From assembly GCA_964012805.1 (NCBI GenBank), contig CAXGUD010000002.1, forward strand, positions 32,001 through 96,000: DNA of 64,000 nt, read 5' to 3'. Shown piece by piece: positions 20,177-29,498 of this stretch. The translations under genes were made by a program, and so were the position numbers. The first letter of the stretch is position 1; the number at the start of each line of letters is the position of its first letter. This stretch comes from an uncultured Bacteriovoracaceae bacterium. Its GTDB lineage: Bacteria > Bdellovibrionota > Bacteriovoracia > Bacteriovoracales > Bacteriovoracaceae. The notes beneath the pieces were generated by a model, which saw nothing but the letters and a program-made list of their open reading frames with translations, ran no database searches and was not told the origin of the DNA.

Positions 20177-20995
20177 TTATAAAAATTTAAAGAGCCCTGG
20201 TTCTAAATCACGATGAACAAATTTATATTTCAACTTCCTCTCTAAATTAACACTATCCACCTTTTTTCCTTCTTCACTTTCAACAAACTCAAGATGCGAA
20301 AGTCCAAAATAATCACAAACAAAGTTGTAGTATTCATCCTTAAAAGGATGATAAGGAGAAACCCCATTAAACAACTCTCCCCATGACTCAAAATCAATGA
20401 TGGTCTGAATTATTCTAATACAATCTTCCCTATGGATAAGGTTAATAGGACCCTTTCCTAACTTTTTACTTCTTTTTTTATGGAGAGAAAAAACTGGATG
20501 CCTTTCTTCCCCCACAAGGCCACCAAAACGCAAGATTGTTGTTTTCACGGCCCAAGACTTAACGAGACTTTCGGCCATCAGAAGGTTTTGACCTCTTATG
20601 GAATCAGGCATTGGGTCTGTTAGCTCATCTACAACACCTTGATTGTTACCATAAACTCCAGTAGAGCTTATAAATAAAACCCTCGAAGGGCCCAAGCTGG
20701 AAACAATATCTCCTATTCTAAGGAGAACGTCTTGATAAATTTCTCCAACACCTTTTAAACTTGGTGGTAAACCCAAAATCAAAATATCAACTTCAAGAAA
20801 GTTTTTTAATTGTGATTCATCCCGGCCAAAATCGATGAGAAAAGGTCTTATGCTAGCTTCAGAAAATGTGGCAACTTTGGTCTCTCGAGTTGTAGAGCCA
20901 TTCACCATAAATCCCTTTGACCTTAAAGAAAGCGCTAGTTGATACCCTAACCAACCACAGCCTAGAAGACCAATCGTTTTTGTCTGATTAGACAT
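20177..20995 (-). CDS. NAD(P)-dependent epimerase/dehydratase (YeeZ-like atypical SDR)
   Basis: GCGWLG, FISSTGVYG, LRFGGLVG, NLIHREDC. Confidence 0.88.
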   Translation of the reverse strand: MSNQTKTIGLLGCGWLGYQLALSLRSKGFMVNGSTTRETKVATFSEASIRPFLIDFGRDESQLKNFLEVDILILGLPPSLKGVGEIYQDVLLRIGDIVSSLGPSRVLFISSTGVYGNNQGVVDELTDPMPDSIRGQNLLMAESLVKSWAVKTTILRFGGLVGEERHPVFSLHKKRSKKLGKGPINLIHREDCIRIIQTIIDFESWGELFNGVSPYHPFKDEYYNFVCDYFGLSHLEFVESEEGKKVDSVNLERKLKYKFVHRDLEPGLFKFL

Positions 20996-21074
20996 ACTTT
21001 CCTTAAGTTGATCACCTAATTACTAAAGATAAGCTTTATTAAGCAAGCAATCCTAAAACCAACCTTTTCTCTGC

Positions 21075-21350
21075 TTAAGCTGTTCGCTTAATCAAGTGAT
21101 AACCAAATTGTGTCTTTACAGGACCAGAGAGCTCTCCAACTTTAAGATCAAAAGCTGCTTTTTCGAAAGCTTCAACCATCATACCTTTTCCAAAGGAGCC
21201 GAGGTGCCCACCACTTTTACCAGAAGGGCATTTTGAAAAGTCGGTTGCAAGTTGATCAAAGTCTCCTCCATCATTAAGTTTTTTGAGGAGGTCATTAGCT
21301 TCATGCTCATGATCAACAAGAATATGCTGGGCATTAATTTTTTCTGACAT
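21075..21350 (-). CDS. ppiC: Parvulin-type peptidyl-prolyl cis-trans isomerase
   Basis: AQHILV, FSKCPSGKSGGHLG, MVEAFE, VKTQFGYHLI. Confidence 0.92.
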   Translation of the reverse strand: MSEKINAQHILVDHEHEANDLLKKLNDGGDFDQLATDFSKCPSGKSGGHLGSFGKGMMVEAFEKAAFDLKVGELSGPVKTQFGYHLIKRTA

Positions 21351-21456
21351 TTGTTATCCTTAATTGAATTTTGAACAAGCTACCCTAACTTTAGAAGTTT
21401 GTCACAAAAGAATACATACTTAGATTTGCTTTACGCGAAATAAAAAATATTAAGTG

Positions 21457-22128
21457 TTAAACATTTTTTTTGAAACGGAAGCCATCGTGAATCTCATCTA
21501 TATCCTTATCTTTCATGGATTTAAGGCTTTCAACTTTTTCAACAATAGATTGGCAACCCTCTAAACTCCTCTTAATAAAGGTTGACAATTTGTCTTTGTT
21601 TATAGAACCACTTTCAACCATCATTCTCATCATGTCGAGGTTTCCCATAATTGCCGTCAAAGGATTGTAAACTTCATGAGCAAGAATACCGTGTGCTTTT
21701 AAGGTTGCCTTTAACTTTGAATCTTTTGCGATTTGTTCTCTAGAGAACTTTATTTCTAAGTGAGTTGCCACTCTGGCGAGAAGCTCAGCTGGATCATAAG
21801 GTTTTTCGATGTAGTCTGCTGCACCTACAGTAAATCCCTTAACTTTACTTATCGTAGTATTTTGGGCGGTAAGGAATATTACAGGCACTTCTTTTGTTTC
21901 CACACTTTCTTTTAGTACCCTACAAACCTCTATCCCGTCCATACCGGGCATGTTTATATCTAGAAGGATGATATCCGGTTTTATTTTAACGGCCCTCTCT
22001 ATCGCCTCCTTTCCATTTTGAGCAATCACAAGACTATAGTGTTCATTTTTAAGTAATGTTCCCAGAACTTGAACATTTTTCTGAACATCATCAACAATAA
22101 GTATCTTAATCTCTGATTTTTCTTTCAT
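21457..22128 (-). CDS. Response regulator with C-terminal HisKA helix pair, no ATPase domain
   Basis: IVDD, LLDINMP, FLTA, KPY, then H-box AHEVYNPLTAIMG; ORF ends before any HATPase. Confidence 0.85.
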   Translation of the reverse strand: MKEKSEIKILIVDDVQKNVQVLGTLLKNEHYSLVIAQNGKEAIERAVKIKPDIILLDINMPGMDGIEVCRVLKESVETKEVPVIFLTAQNTTISKVKGFTVGAADYIEKPYDPAELLARVATHLEIKFSREQIAKDSKLKATLKAHGILAHEVYNPLTAIMGNLDMMRMMVESGSINKDKLSTFIKRSLEGCQSIVEKVESLKSMKDKDIDEIHDGFRFKKNV

Positions 22129-22305
22129 AGTAATCCTATAAAAATTGGTCCATTGTCATTTCGAGATAAAAATAAATAAGTTTATACTCTTTATGTTACT
22201 TAATTAAAATATATGAATTCACTCTCTTTTCCCGACTTTTTCGATTCTCTTAAGTCATATAATCGAAAAATTAACTTTATTTTCAAAAAAATCGAATAGA
22301 TAGGT

Positions 22306-24108
22306 ATGCAAAGCAAACCAAAAATAGAATTCCTTTCTAGAGTTCCTAAAAAGCACTACCTTTTCTTTTTGCTCTATTCTTTTTTGGTAATATCCTTTTT
22401 TTGCTCACTTTCTATCTACCTTTGGGAGAACCTTAAAAACCAGAAAATCACTGAAACACAAAAAGAAAGAACAATTGAAATGTTCAAAGATGAGATTATC
22501 TATAACTTTGAAAAAAAGCAGATAAAAAACAATAAAAGGATTTTAAAAATAATAACTGATATTCTTAAAGTGGACGGTATAGAAGTTTACTGGAAATCTG
22601 AAAAGCCAACTTTAACTTTTAAAGTGGAAAACTTAGAAAACAAAAACTTTTACAAAATTCCTTTCTTTTTCAGCTCTAAAAAAGAACAACCCATTAAGTT
22701 TATTTTCTTAAAACTAAGCTCGAATGGAAAAGATGAAAAGCTAAAGCAAGGGCCTATCCCTTTTAGTATTCTCTTAATTGGTGCATTTATTTGTATTCTC
22801 CACCTATCCTTTCTTATATGGAAAAGTATTTTTAAACCTATTTTAAAAGGTATCGATAAAGATGTTAGTGAATCAACTAATAAAATGGGTGACTTCAAAG
22901 CATTAAAAATAGCTTCAGATTTTTCTCAAAAAATACTCTTGCTAGTAGATGAAAACTTGTCCGTCCTTAATGATCAGTCTGTTTTTTCCAACCAAGTTTT
23001 CCAAGGCAATATTAAAAATGAAAATGTTGTAAATGAGTTTTTTGGTAAATTCCTCTTCTTATCCCACGAACTGAGTCGAATAGAGTCATCACTTATTCTT
23101 TCTTTTGGAGATGATACGATCCAATTTAGTGCCGTAAGCTGCCACTTTCCTAAGCAAGGTACACTCCACGTAGGTAACCAAACAAAACATTTTAATTTCT
23201 TCTACATGCCTTTGCTAGATGATCACCACAATGTTCAGCATATTCTCATATCTTTGGTTGAAAATACAGAAATTCAGACTCTAAGAAGAATCATTAACAA
23301 AGTTAAAAAGGAAAGCTCTATTGAAAAAGATATCCTTAAAGCCGATAATGGAGAAGAATTTTTAAAAAAGCTAACAAAAAGCAGGAATTTTATTGCAACA
23401 CAATTAAAACAAATTAATTCTAAGTTAACAAACGAGTTCGATCAAAGCTTTAAGAATATGCTTTTTTATGAACTTTACAAAATCCTTCCTGAAGCCCCCT
23501 TTCTTAAAGCATCCATTCAAAACATTAAGGTAAAAATGGAAAGGAAAATGGACACCCCCCTGGAATATCCAGATTTTCCCTCCAATAATGAGTCCGATTA
23601 CTATTATACAAAAACCTTAGTGCCTATGAAGTTTGTCATATTCCTTGAGGCTCTGTGTCAAATATCAAAAGTCTTGGGAGAGTTCTTGGCGAACTTTCAA
23701 AAAGCAAAGCATGAAATTATCTACTCAAACCGACGTATTTATCCAATTGTTGAAGAAAGGCTAAAAGAGACCTTCCTATTATATAAAAATATATTTGATA
23801 TGATTGAGGTCAACAGCAATGAAGATGTTTTAAAGCACTATAAAGACTTCAAAGAAATTGAAGTCGAATCAAATCTTTACAATTCTTTATTGCTTTTAAA
23901 AAGCCTACTCGTCACGCTTTCTTATCTATTTAATGCAACCAATAATGATTCATTATCCAATACTTTCCACTCCTCTTCAGATAAACTTAATCTCATTCTT
24001 GGAAGAAAAGGCTTAAATAAAAACAATATTTCCGTTGGACTTTTCGAGGCCCATAAAATGCTCCATTTAAAAGCAGAAGTAATAAACCAAATAATCAAAA
24101 CCAAATAA
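22306..24108 (+). CDS. Membrane sensor-like protein with PAS-like segment related to 14213..16510, no kinase motifs
   Basis: Two TM helices; central segment aligns by eye to the kinase PAS-like region; no N/G boxes. Confidence 0.65.
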   Translation: MQSKPKIEFLSRVPKKHYLFFLLYSFLVISFFCSLSIYLWENLKNQKITETQKERTIEMFKDEIIYNFEKKQIKNNKRILKIITDILKVDGIEVYWKSEKPTLTFKVENLENKNFYKIPFFFSSKKEQPIKFIFLKLSSNGKDEKLKQGPIPFSILLIGAFICILHLSFLIWKSIFKPILKGIDKDVSESTNKMGDFKALKIASDFSQKILLLVDENLSVLNDQSVFSNQVFQGNIKNENVVNEFFGKFLFLSHELSRIESSLILSFGDDTIQFSAVSCHFPKQGTLHVGNQTKHFNFFYMPLLDDHHNVQHILISLVENTEIQTLRRIINKVKKESSIEKDILKADNGEEFLKKLTKSRNFIATQLKQINSKLTNEFDQSFKNMLFYELYKILPEAPFLKASIQNIKVKMERKMDTPLEYPDFPSNNESDYYYTKTLVPMKFVIFLEALCQISKVLGEFLANFQKAKHEIIYSNRRIYPIVEERLKETFLLYKNIFDMIEVNSNEDVLKHYKDFKEIEVESNLYNSLLLLKSLLVTLSYLFNATNNDSLSNTFHSSSDKLNLILGRKGLNKNNISVGLFEAHKMLHLKAEVINQIIKTK

Positions 24109-24119
24109 GGATCGGTTTT

Positions 24120-24491
24120 ATGAAAATACTTGTTGTGGAAGATACAGAAGAATACAGAAACAAAATCACTGAAGCTCTTCTCATAAGAGGAGATGAAGTA
24201 TTTCATGCGTCAAATGGCCAAGAAGGTCTCGATCTAATTAAAAATAAAGATGACCTCGATTTTATCATTACTGATTTACATATGCCGATAATGGATGGGA
24301 TCACAATGCTTCAAGAGCTTAAAATGGACCCCAACTACACAAGAAATATTCCCGTTCTTATGCTAACGACTGAAGCAAACAAAGAGTTAAAACAAAAAGG
24401 GCAAAAAGCCGGAGTGAGCAGATGGCTTTTAAAACCTGTTACCACTCAAGTCCTCTTCAGAATTTTAGACTCAATTGAAGCAAAACTTTAA
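24120..24491 (+). CDS. CheY-like response regulator
   Basis: VVED, ITDLHMPIMDG, MLTTE, KP. Confidence 0.9.
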   Translation: MKILVVEDTEEYRNKITEALLIRGDEVFHASNGQEGLDLIKNKDDLDFIITDLHMPIMDGITMLQELKMDPNYTRNIPVLMLTTEANKELKQKGQKAGVSRWLLKPVTTQVLFRILDSIEAKL

Positions 24492-24525
24492 TTTTTTATT
24501 GTAAATCGTATTCAAAAAGTGGTAA

Positions 24526-25050
24526 GTGTTCCAAAAATTCCAGTTATTTAGAATTAAGGAGGCTTATACAATGGATGAAAGACAAAAAGCTCAAAGTGTA
24601 GGAGACATACCTTCTGGACTCTATATTGTTTGCTCACAAAATAATGATGGCCACAAAGATGGTTATCTAGCAAGTTGGGTACAGCAGGCTTCTTTTAAAC
24701 CTCTTCTCATTTCACTATCTATAAACGAAAGCCGTCCAGGCTACAAACACATAGTTGAAGGTGGGACCTTCACCATTAATATTGTAGGGGACCAAAACTC
24801 GGGCTATTTGAAACATTTTTGGAAAGGTTATGCCCCAGGAGAAGGGCCATTCAATGAAATACCTCATGATGTTTCTCCACAAGGAGGAATTATTATAAAA
24901 GACGCTAAGTCCGTCCTTGAGTGCAAAATGGTATCAAAAACAAAGCCAGGTGACCATACGATCATCTTTGCAGAGGTGCTTTCTTCTTCACCTACTAATG
25001 AGAGTTTTAAATCAAAAGTCCACCTAAGAAAAAATGGACTTGATTACTAA
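24526..25050 (+). CDS. Flavin reductase family protein (true start probably the later ATG, MDERQ)
   Basis: ASWVQQASFKP, GDHTIIFAEV; AAGGAGG SD before the internal ATG. Confidence 0.85.
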   Translation: MFQKFQLFRIKEAYTMDERQKAQSVGDIPSGLYIVCSQNNDGHKDGYLASWVQQASFKPLLISLSINESRPGYKHIVEGGTFTINIVGDQNSGYLKHFWKGYAPGEGPFNEIPHDVSPQGGIIIKDAKSVLECKMVSKTKPGDHTIIFAEVLSSSPTNESFKSKVHLRKNGLDY

Positions 25051-25083
25051 GGGATAAAACCCCTCCTTAATATTGAGGACGCC

Positions 25084-25461
25084 ATGAAAGGAATGTTTAA
25101 CCATCTAGGCAACCAATTAAAAAATAGACTGTTCAACACTACTCTTTTAGACGACTCAGATCCTGAGCTTGACCACCTAAGGCGGCTCAGGCGTCTTCGA
25201 AGATTCATGGGAAATATTTCAGCAGAAGAGGGAAGGAGTGTAGAATTAGAAATTGAAGAACTCTCTCTCAAGTTCGGCTATCCGCCTCAACAAATAACAC
25301 AGTTACTAGAGTGGATTATAGAAGGACAAAAAAGCGACCCTCTTTTATACAAAAACAACCTAAGGATGGCCCTTAAGCTTGCAAAGACCTTAGGTCGATC
25401 AAGATGCACTTCACTCACCAAAAAAGACATTGGAGAACTTATTCCTCCTCTGCTCCACTAA
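25084..25461 (+). CDS. Hypothetical protein
   Basis: GAGGA SD; 125-aa helical ORF. Confidence 0.6.
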   Translation: MKGMFNHLGNQLKNRLFNTTLLDDSDPELDHLRRLRRLRRFMGNISAEEGRSVELEIEELSLKFGYPPQQITQLLEWIIEGQKSDPLLYKNNLRMALKLAKTLGRSRCTSLTKKDIGELIPPLLH

Positions 25462-25563
25462 GCTAACCTACTCTTTTTTTCATGCTATGGGCCTTTACTT
25501 TAATTTGCAAATCCAAGATCATTAAAAAGGATGGAAAACAAATAGTTATTTAAGGACCTAGAC

Positions 25564-26580
25564 ATGATGTTTAGAAAAAGCAGGGATTGCTTTTACCCCT
25601 CTGAAAGTAGTCTTTCATTTTTTAACTCCTTCCCATGTAAACTTCCCCTCCTATTATTTCTTACTTTTATTTTAACTATGATTTTAAAACCCAACAGAGC
25701 ATTTGGTAACCCCTCATTTGAAGGTCCAAAGAAACATTATTTTTCACTACCGACTAAAGATACGCTCTCAGTTCAAGAAACTAAATCACCTTCTTCAAAA
25801 GGGTCAGTTGTAAGAGGCCCCGTCACAATCCATTTGCCTAGAATTTATAAAAAAAGAAAGGACAACAAAAGTTTCCCTTTACTATTATCCCTTCATGGCT
25901 TCGGGAGCTTTCCACTCTTCCACGAAGGATTCTTCAAACTTAGAAAAGTTGTCAATTCAAAAAAATTTATCTTGGCCACACTTCCTGGCAGCTTTAACAA
26001 AACAGGACAAAGGTTTTGGAACGCTGGAGACTGGTGCTGCGACTTCCATAAAAGTGGCAGAGATGATGTTCGTTATATCCTCCACGTTCTAAAGCGGCTT
26101 AAGAGTCTATACAGTATTAACCCTAAAAAGGTGGCCCTCTTAGGACATTCAAATGGCGGATTTATGTCTTATAGGCTCCTTTGTAAATATCCAGAGCTCT
26201 TCTCAGGAGTCATTTCTATCGCAGGGGCCATGCCAAAGGGAATAGGACTTTGCAAAAAGCCCCACTCAGCCTCTATCCTCCATATCCATGGGAAAAAAGA
26301 CGTTGTTATAAAATATAAAGGATCTCCTTTCCATATAGGCGCAAATGAAACAGTTGCAACCTGGCTAAACCACCAGGAATGCGACACAAAGCGTCACAAA
26401 AAAAAACAAAGCATCATATTAAAGTGGGGCACTTGGCCTAAAATAAGAAAAAGTAAAACGTGGTCTCATTGCCAAACAGGCTCTAAAATTTCTTTTTGGA
26501 GTATTTCTCGAGAAGGTCATTTTGCAGACTTAACGCAAAGTATGAAGTTGAAAATGATTGACTTTATTTTCAAAGACTAA
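25564..26580 (+). CDS. Secreted PHB depolymerase / LpqC-family esterase
   Basis: LHGF oxyanion, FWNAG.CCD, GHSNGG nucleophile, HIHG..D, terminal GH. Confidence 0.85.
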   Translation: MMFRKSRDCFYPSESSLSFFNSFPCKLPLLLFLTFILTMILKPNRAFGNPSFEGPKKHYFSLPTKDTLSVQETKSPSSKGSVVRGPVTIHLPRIYKKRKDNKSFPLLLSLHGFGSFPLFHEGFFKLRKVVNSKKFILATLPGSFNKTGQRFWNAGDWCCDFHKSGRDDVRYILHVLKRLKSLYSINPKKVALLGHSNGGFMSYRLLCKYPELFSGVISIAGAMPKGIGLCKKPHSASILHIHGKKDVVIKYKGSPFHIGANETVATWLNHQECDTKRHKKKQSIILKWGTWPKIRKSKTWSHCQTGSKISFWSISREGHFADLTQSMKLKMIDFIFKD

Positions 26581-26733
26581 CCTTTGTTCAACTTTATTGT
26601 TGATAACCATTAAATTTCAACAACCTCTTACAGACTAAAGCTCTTATTACTTGCCAGGTGACAGAATCCCTTTGTTATGATCTAAGAACCGTTTCTAACT
26701 TAACAATGATTCGATAAACAGGGGACTTACTTT

Positions 26734-27771
26734 ATGTTCAAGAAAAAAAGTTTCTCATTTATTTTGCTTTTATTACTTTCCTTATTAATTTCTTGCGGCC
26801 AATCACCTGGAGGCGGTGGAAATCCTGGTGGTGGTGGAACACCTAACCCTCCGACTGGTGGATCAAACCCCGGCTATGTCTATGAAGACAATGGTTTACG
26901 TTATACAAAGGAGAACACACCTGTTGTCTTTTATGTTAATAAGGACAAATATAATACACATAAGGCAAGCTTTGATAAAACCGAAGCAGGCTATCGTTCA
27001 AAGTCTGGCAAGCAACTCATTAAGTTTGTCCCACGTGACGGAAACCCAAAGTTTTCGACAATTGAGGATACATCTAATTTGTGGAGTGAAAAAGGTGAAC
27101 GCTGGATTATGTTCAGAGAAAATCAAAGTGAATTCACTGATCTAGATGGTGCGGCAGGTGTTTGCCTTTACTCATGGAACCAAAACAATGAGCTTGTTTA
27201 TGCTGAAATAGTTATTGACAGCCAGACAGTTACAAAAGGTTATTACTTTCAGCAAGTCCTCCTCCACGAAGTAGGACACGCCCTTGGATTCAGTCACACC
27301 TTTGAAGATGACTACTCTCTCATGAATTATAATTATTCATACAAAACTGATGGACTCACTTATCTAGACATCCAAAGAACTCATGAAAAGTATCCGTTCA
27401 GCATGGTTGGAACTTATATAAAAGACCTCGAAAAAATTGCTGCAATTAAAGAAAGTGAGCATAGAAAAAACTATGAAAACTATATAATTGAAAACTACGG
27501 TCTATCAGAAGGAAGGGCCAATGAAGTTGCTAAAGTTGTTTTAGGTTACAAAAAACTAAAATCGAAAAGGTCTCTAACTCAAAGAGATAAAAATATCTTA
27601 ACTGAAAAGCTTTTAGGCTTTGATTATGAAACAGGCAAGAATGCTCTTGCCAAGGTTATCTCAGGCGAAAAGTCTGATGAAATCGAAGAGCTCTTCAAAA
27701 TGGCAGCAGACAAAAATAATATCGAGCCGGAGCACGTTAAAGAACTTGTTGCAGAGGTTTTTCTACAATAG
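26734..27771 (+). CDS. Lipoprotein metzincin (matrixin-like) metalloprotease with C-terminal KDLEK module
   Basis: Lipobox LISC; Gly/Pro linker; HEVGHALGFSH (HExxHxxGxxH); Met-turn SLMNY. Confidence 0.88.
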   Translation: MFKKKSFSFILLLLLSLLISCGQSPGGGGNPGGGGTPNPPTGGSNPGYVYEDNGLRYTKENTPVVFYVNKDKYNTHKASFDKTEAGYRSKSGKQLIKFVPRDGNPKFSTIEDTSNLWSEKGERWIMFRENQSEFTDLDGAAGVCLYSWNQNNELVYAEIVIDSQTVTKGYYFQQVLLHEVGHALGFSHTFEDDYSLMNYNYSYKTDGLTYLDIQRTHEKYPFSMVGTYIKDLEKIAAIKESEHRKNYENYIIENYGLSEGRANEVAKVVLGYKKLKSKRSLTQRDKNILTEKLLGFDYETGKNALAKVISGEKSDEIEELFKMAADKNNIEPEHVKELVAEVFLQ

Positions 27772-27816
27772 TTTTTTAAACTAAAAAGTAGTCAATGGTG
27801 AAGAGGTGGCAGTAAA

Positions 27817-27936
27817 ATGAAAAAGAACAGCAATAGAAAAAAGTTAGTTAACTTTTCTCTTCTATTCATTATTATTGCCATTTCCTTCATACTCATTACT
27901 TTTGTTTTCAACACATTTTTCCATCCCCAAACATGA
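27817..27936 (+). CDS. 39-aa single-TM small protein (not in ORF track)
   Basis: GAGGTGG SD; MKKNSNRKKLVNFSLLFIIIAISFILITFVFNTFFHPQT. Confidence 0.45.
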   Translation: MKKNSNRKKLVNFSLLFIIIAISFILITFVFNTFFHPQT

Positions 27937-28014
27937 ATTAAACTCAAAAGACTTTAAACATCTTCCATATAATAATATCCTTTTTTAATTTCCGTAATTG
28001 GTTAGAATAGAAGA

Positions 28015-28620
28015 ATGACAATTTATTGTGTTGCCAGAAATTACGCACTTCATGCAAAGGAACTTGGAAACAAGCTACCAAGTGAACCTGTTATTTTTAT
28101 AAAAGCTGATACTTCTCTAAGACCCTTTGGCCAATCTGAAATAGCTTATCCCCACGAAACTTTTCACTACGAAGGAGAAGTTGTCTTAAAAATTGGCAAA
28201 GATACTAAAATCGGCTCAAAGGTAAATCTTGAAATGATTGAGTCCTTTGCTCTTGGAATAGATGTTACCAGAAGAGAAAAACAAACAGAGCTTAAAAAAA
28301 ATGGCCTTCCCTGGACCGTCTCTAAATCATTTTTGGGCTCGGCAATTGTTTCTGAATTCAAACCAAGAGAGCTTTTCCAAGACCCTAATTCAATTTCATT
28401 TCAACTATTAATCAACAAAACCTTAAAACAAGACGGCAATCTTAAAAATATGATTTTTTCTCTTCAAACAATCCTTGAAACCCTACTTGAGTTCACTCCC
28501 TTAAAAAAAGGCGACCTCATATTTACAGGAACCCCTGAAGGTGTCGGGGAGATAAAGCTAGGGGATAGTTTTGAAATGATCTTTCCCGAAATCAATTTCC
28601 ATGAAGAGGGAAAACTCTAG
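28015..28620 (+). CDS. Fumarylacetoacetate hydrolase family protein
   Basis: RNYALHAKEL, HYEGEVV, GDLIFTGTPEGVG. Confidence 0.92.
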   Translation: MTIYCVARNYALHAKELGNKLPSEPVIFIKADTSLRPFGQSEIAYPHETFHYEGEVVLKIGKDTKIGSKVNLEMIESFALGIDVTRREKQTELKKNGLPWTVSKSFLGSAIVSEFKPRELFQDPNSISFQLLINKTLKQDGNLKNMIFSLQTILETLLEFTPLKKGDLIFTGTPEGVGEIKLGDSFEMIFPEINFHEEGKL

Positions 28621-28638
28621 CTAGAGAAAAAAATAGTT

Positions 28639-29448
28639 ATGAAAAACCTCTCGCAAAAAAACCTCTTCATATTAATTCCAGGAAACCCAGGCATGTCTTA
28701 TGCCTATGATTACTTTATAAATTCGCTAAAAAAAAGGCATGAAGGAGATCTTTTCTATTGCCACCAACACTTAGGCCAGGCGACTAATGATGATTTTTTT
28801 CCATCCCTCACCATAGAAGACCTCATAAATGACCACAGAGAATTCATAGAGTCCAAAATGAGCCTTCATGGAGAGTGCAATTTAATTCTTATAGGGCATT
28901 CTCTAGGAGGGCTTTTAAGCCTCGAAATCTTCCAAAAAAAACTCCTTCCGATTCATAGAGTTTTCCTTTTATGCCCATTTATTGAACTCTCTTTTCCAAA
29001 TATTTGGTTTGTAAAAGGCCTTAAACGGAAAGGCTTTCAAAATGGACTCAAACGGTTTGTGAATATCGTGGGAAAGGCGCCTGGTCCCCTACAAAAACCT
29101 ATTCAAAACTTTTTCAACCTTGGAGACTACGGGGAGCAAATTTTCGAAGATTTTAACCGCGAAAACTTTAAATACAACTTTTTCTCCCTGCTTCAAAGAT
29201 ACCCCCTCCACTACGAAAACCTAGATTTAATGGATTGGTTAAGAACAAAAGCGGCTCCAGAAGATAAAGAAAAACTCTATTTTATATTTGCAAAAAGAGA
29301 TCCTTGGTCCCCCAAAACACTCTATAAGAAACTTCCAGATTCAATTCCAAAAACATTTGACCCAAGAATTAACCACAACTTTTGCCTCAACTCTTCGCAA
29401 TGTAAAATTATGGCCACTTTAATCCATAAAAGACTTTTCAATTTTTAA
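28639..29448 (+). CDS. Alpha/beta hydrolase resembling lipid-droplet-associated hydrolase (LDAH)
   Basis: IPGNPG..Y..F, GHSLGG nucleophile, D(PW) and H(NFC) triad candidates. Confidence 0.75.
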   Translation: MKNLSQKNLFILIPGNPGMSYAYDYFINSLKKRHEGDLFYCHQHLGQATNDDFFPSLTIEDLINDHREFIESKMSLHGECNLILIGHSLGGLLSLEIFQKKLLPIHRVFLLCPFIELSFPNIWFVKGLKRKGFQNGLKRFVNIVGKAPGPLQKPIQNFFNLGDYGEQIFEDFNRENFKYNFFSLLQRYPLHYENLDLMDWLRTKAAPEDKEKLYFIFAKRDPWSPKTLYKKLPDSIPKTFDPRINHNFCLNSSQCKIMATLIHKRLFNF

Positions 29449-29498
29449 AAAGCGTTTTATTATGCGTTTAGAAATTTTCTTTTAAAAGGTAAAGTCTT

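Noticed and set aside
26802..26880. GGN-rich repeats as a DNA repeat element
   Set aside because: They encode the Gly/Pro linker of the lipoprotein.
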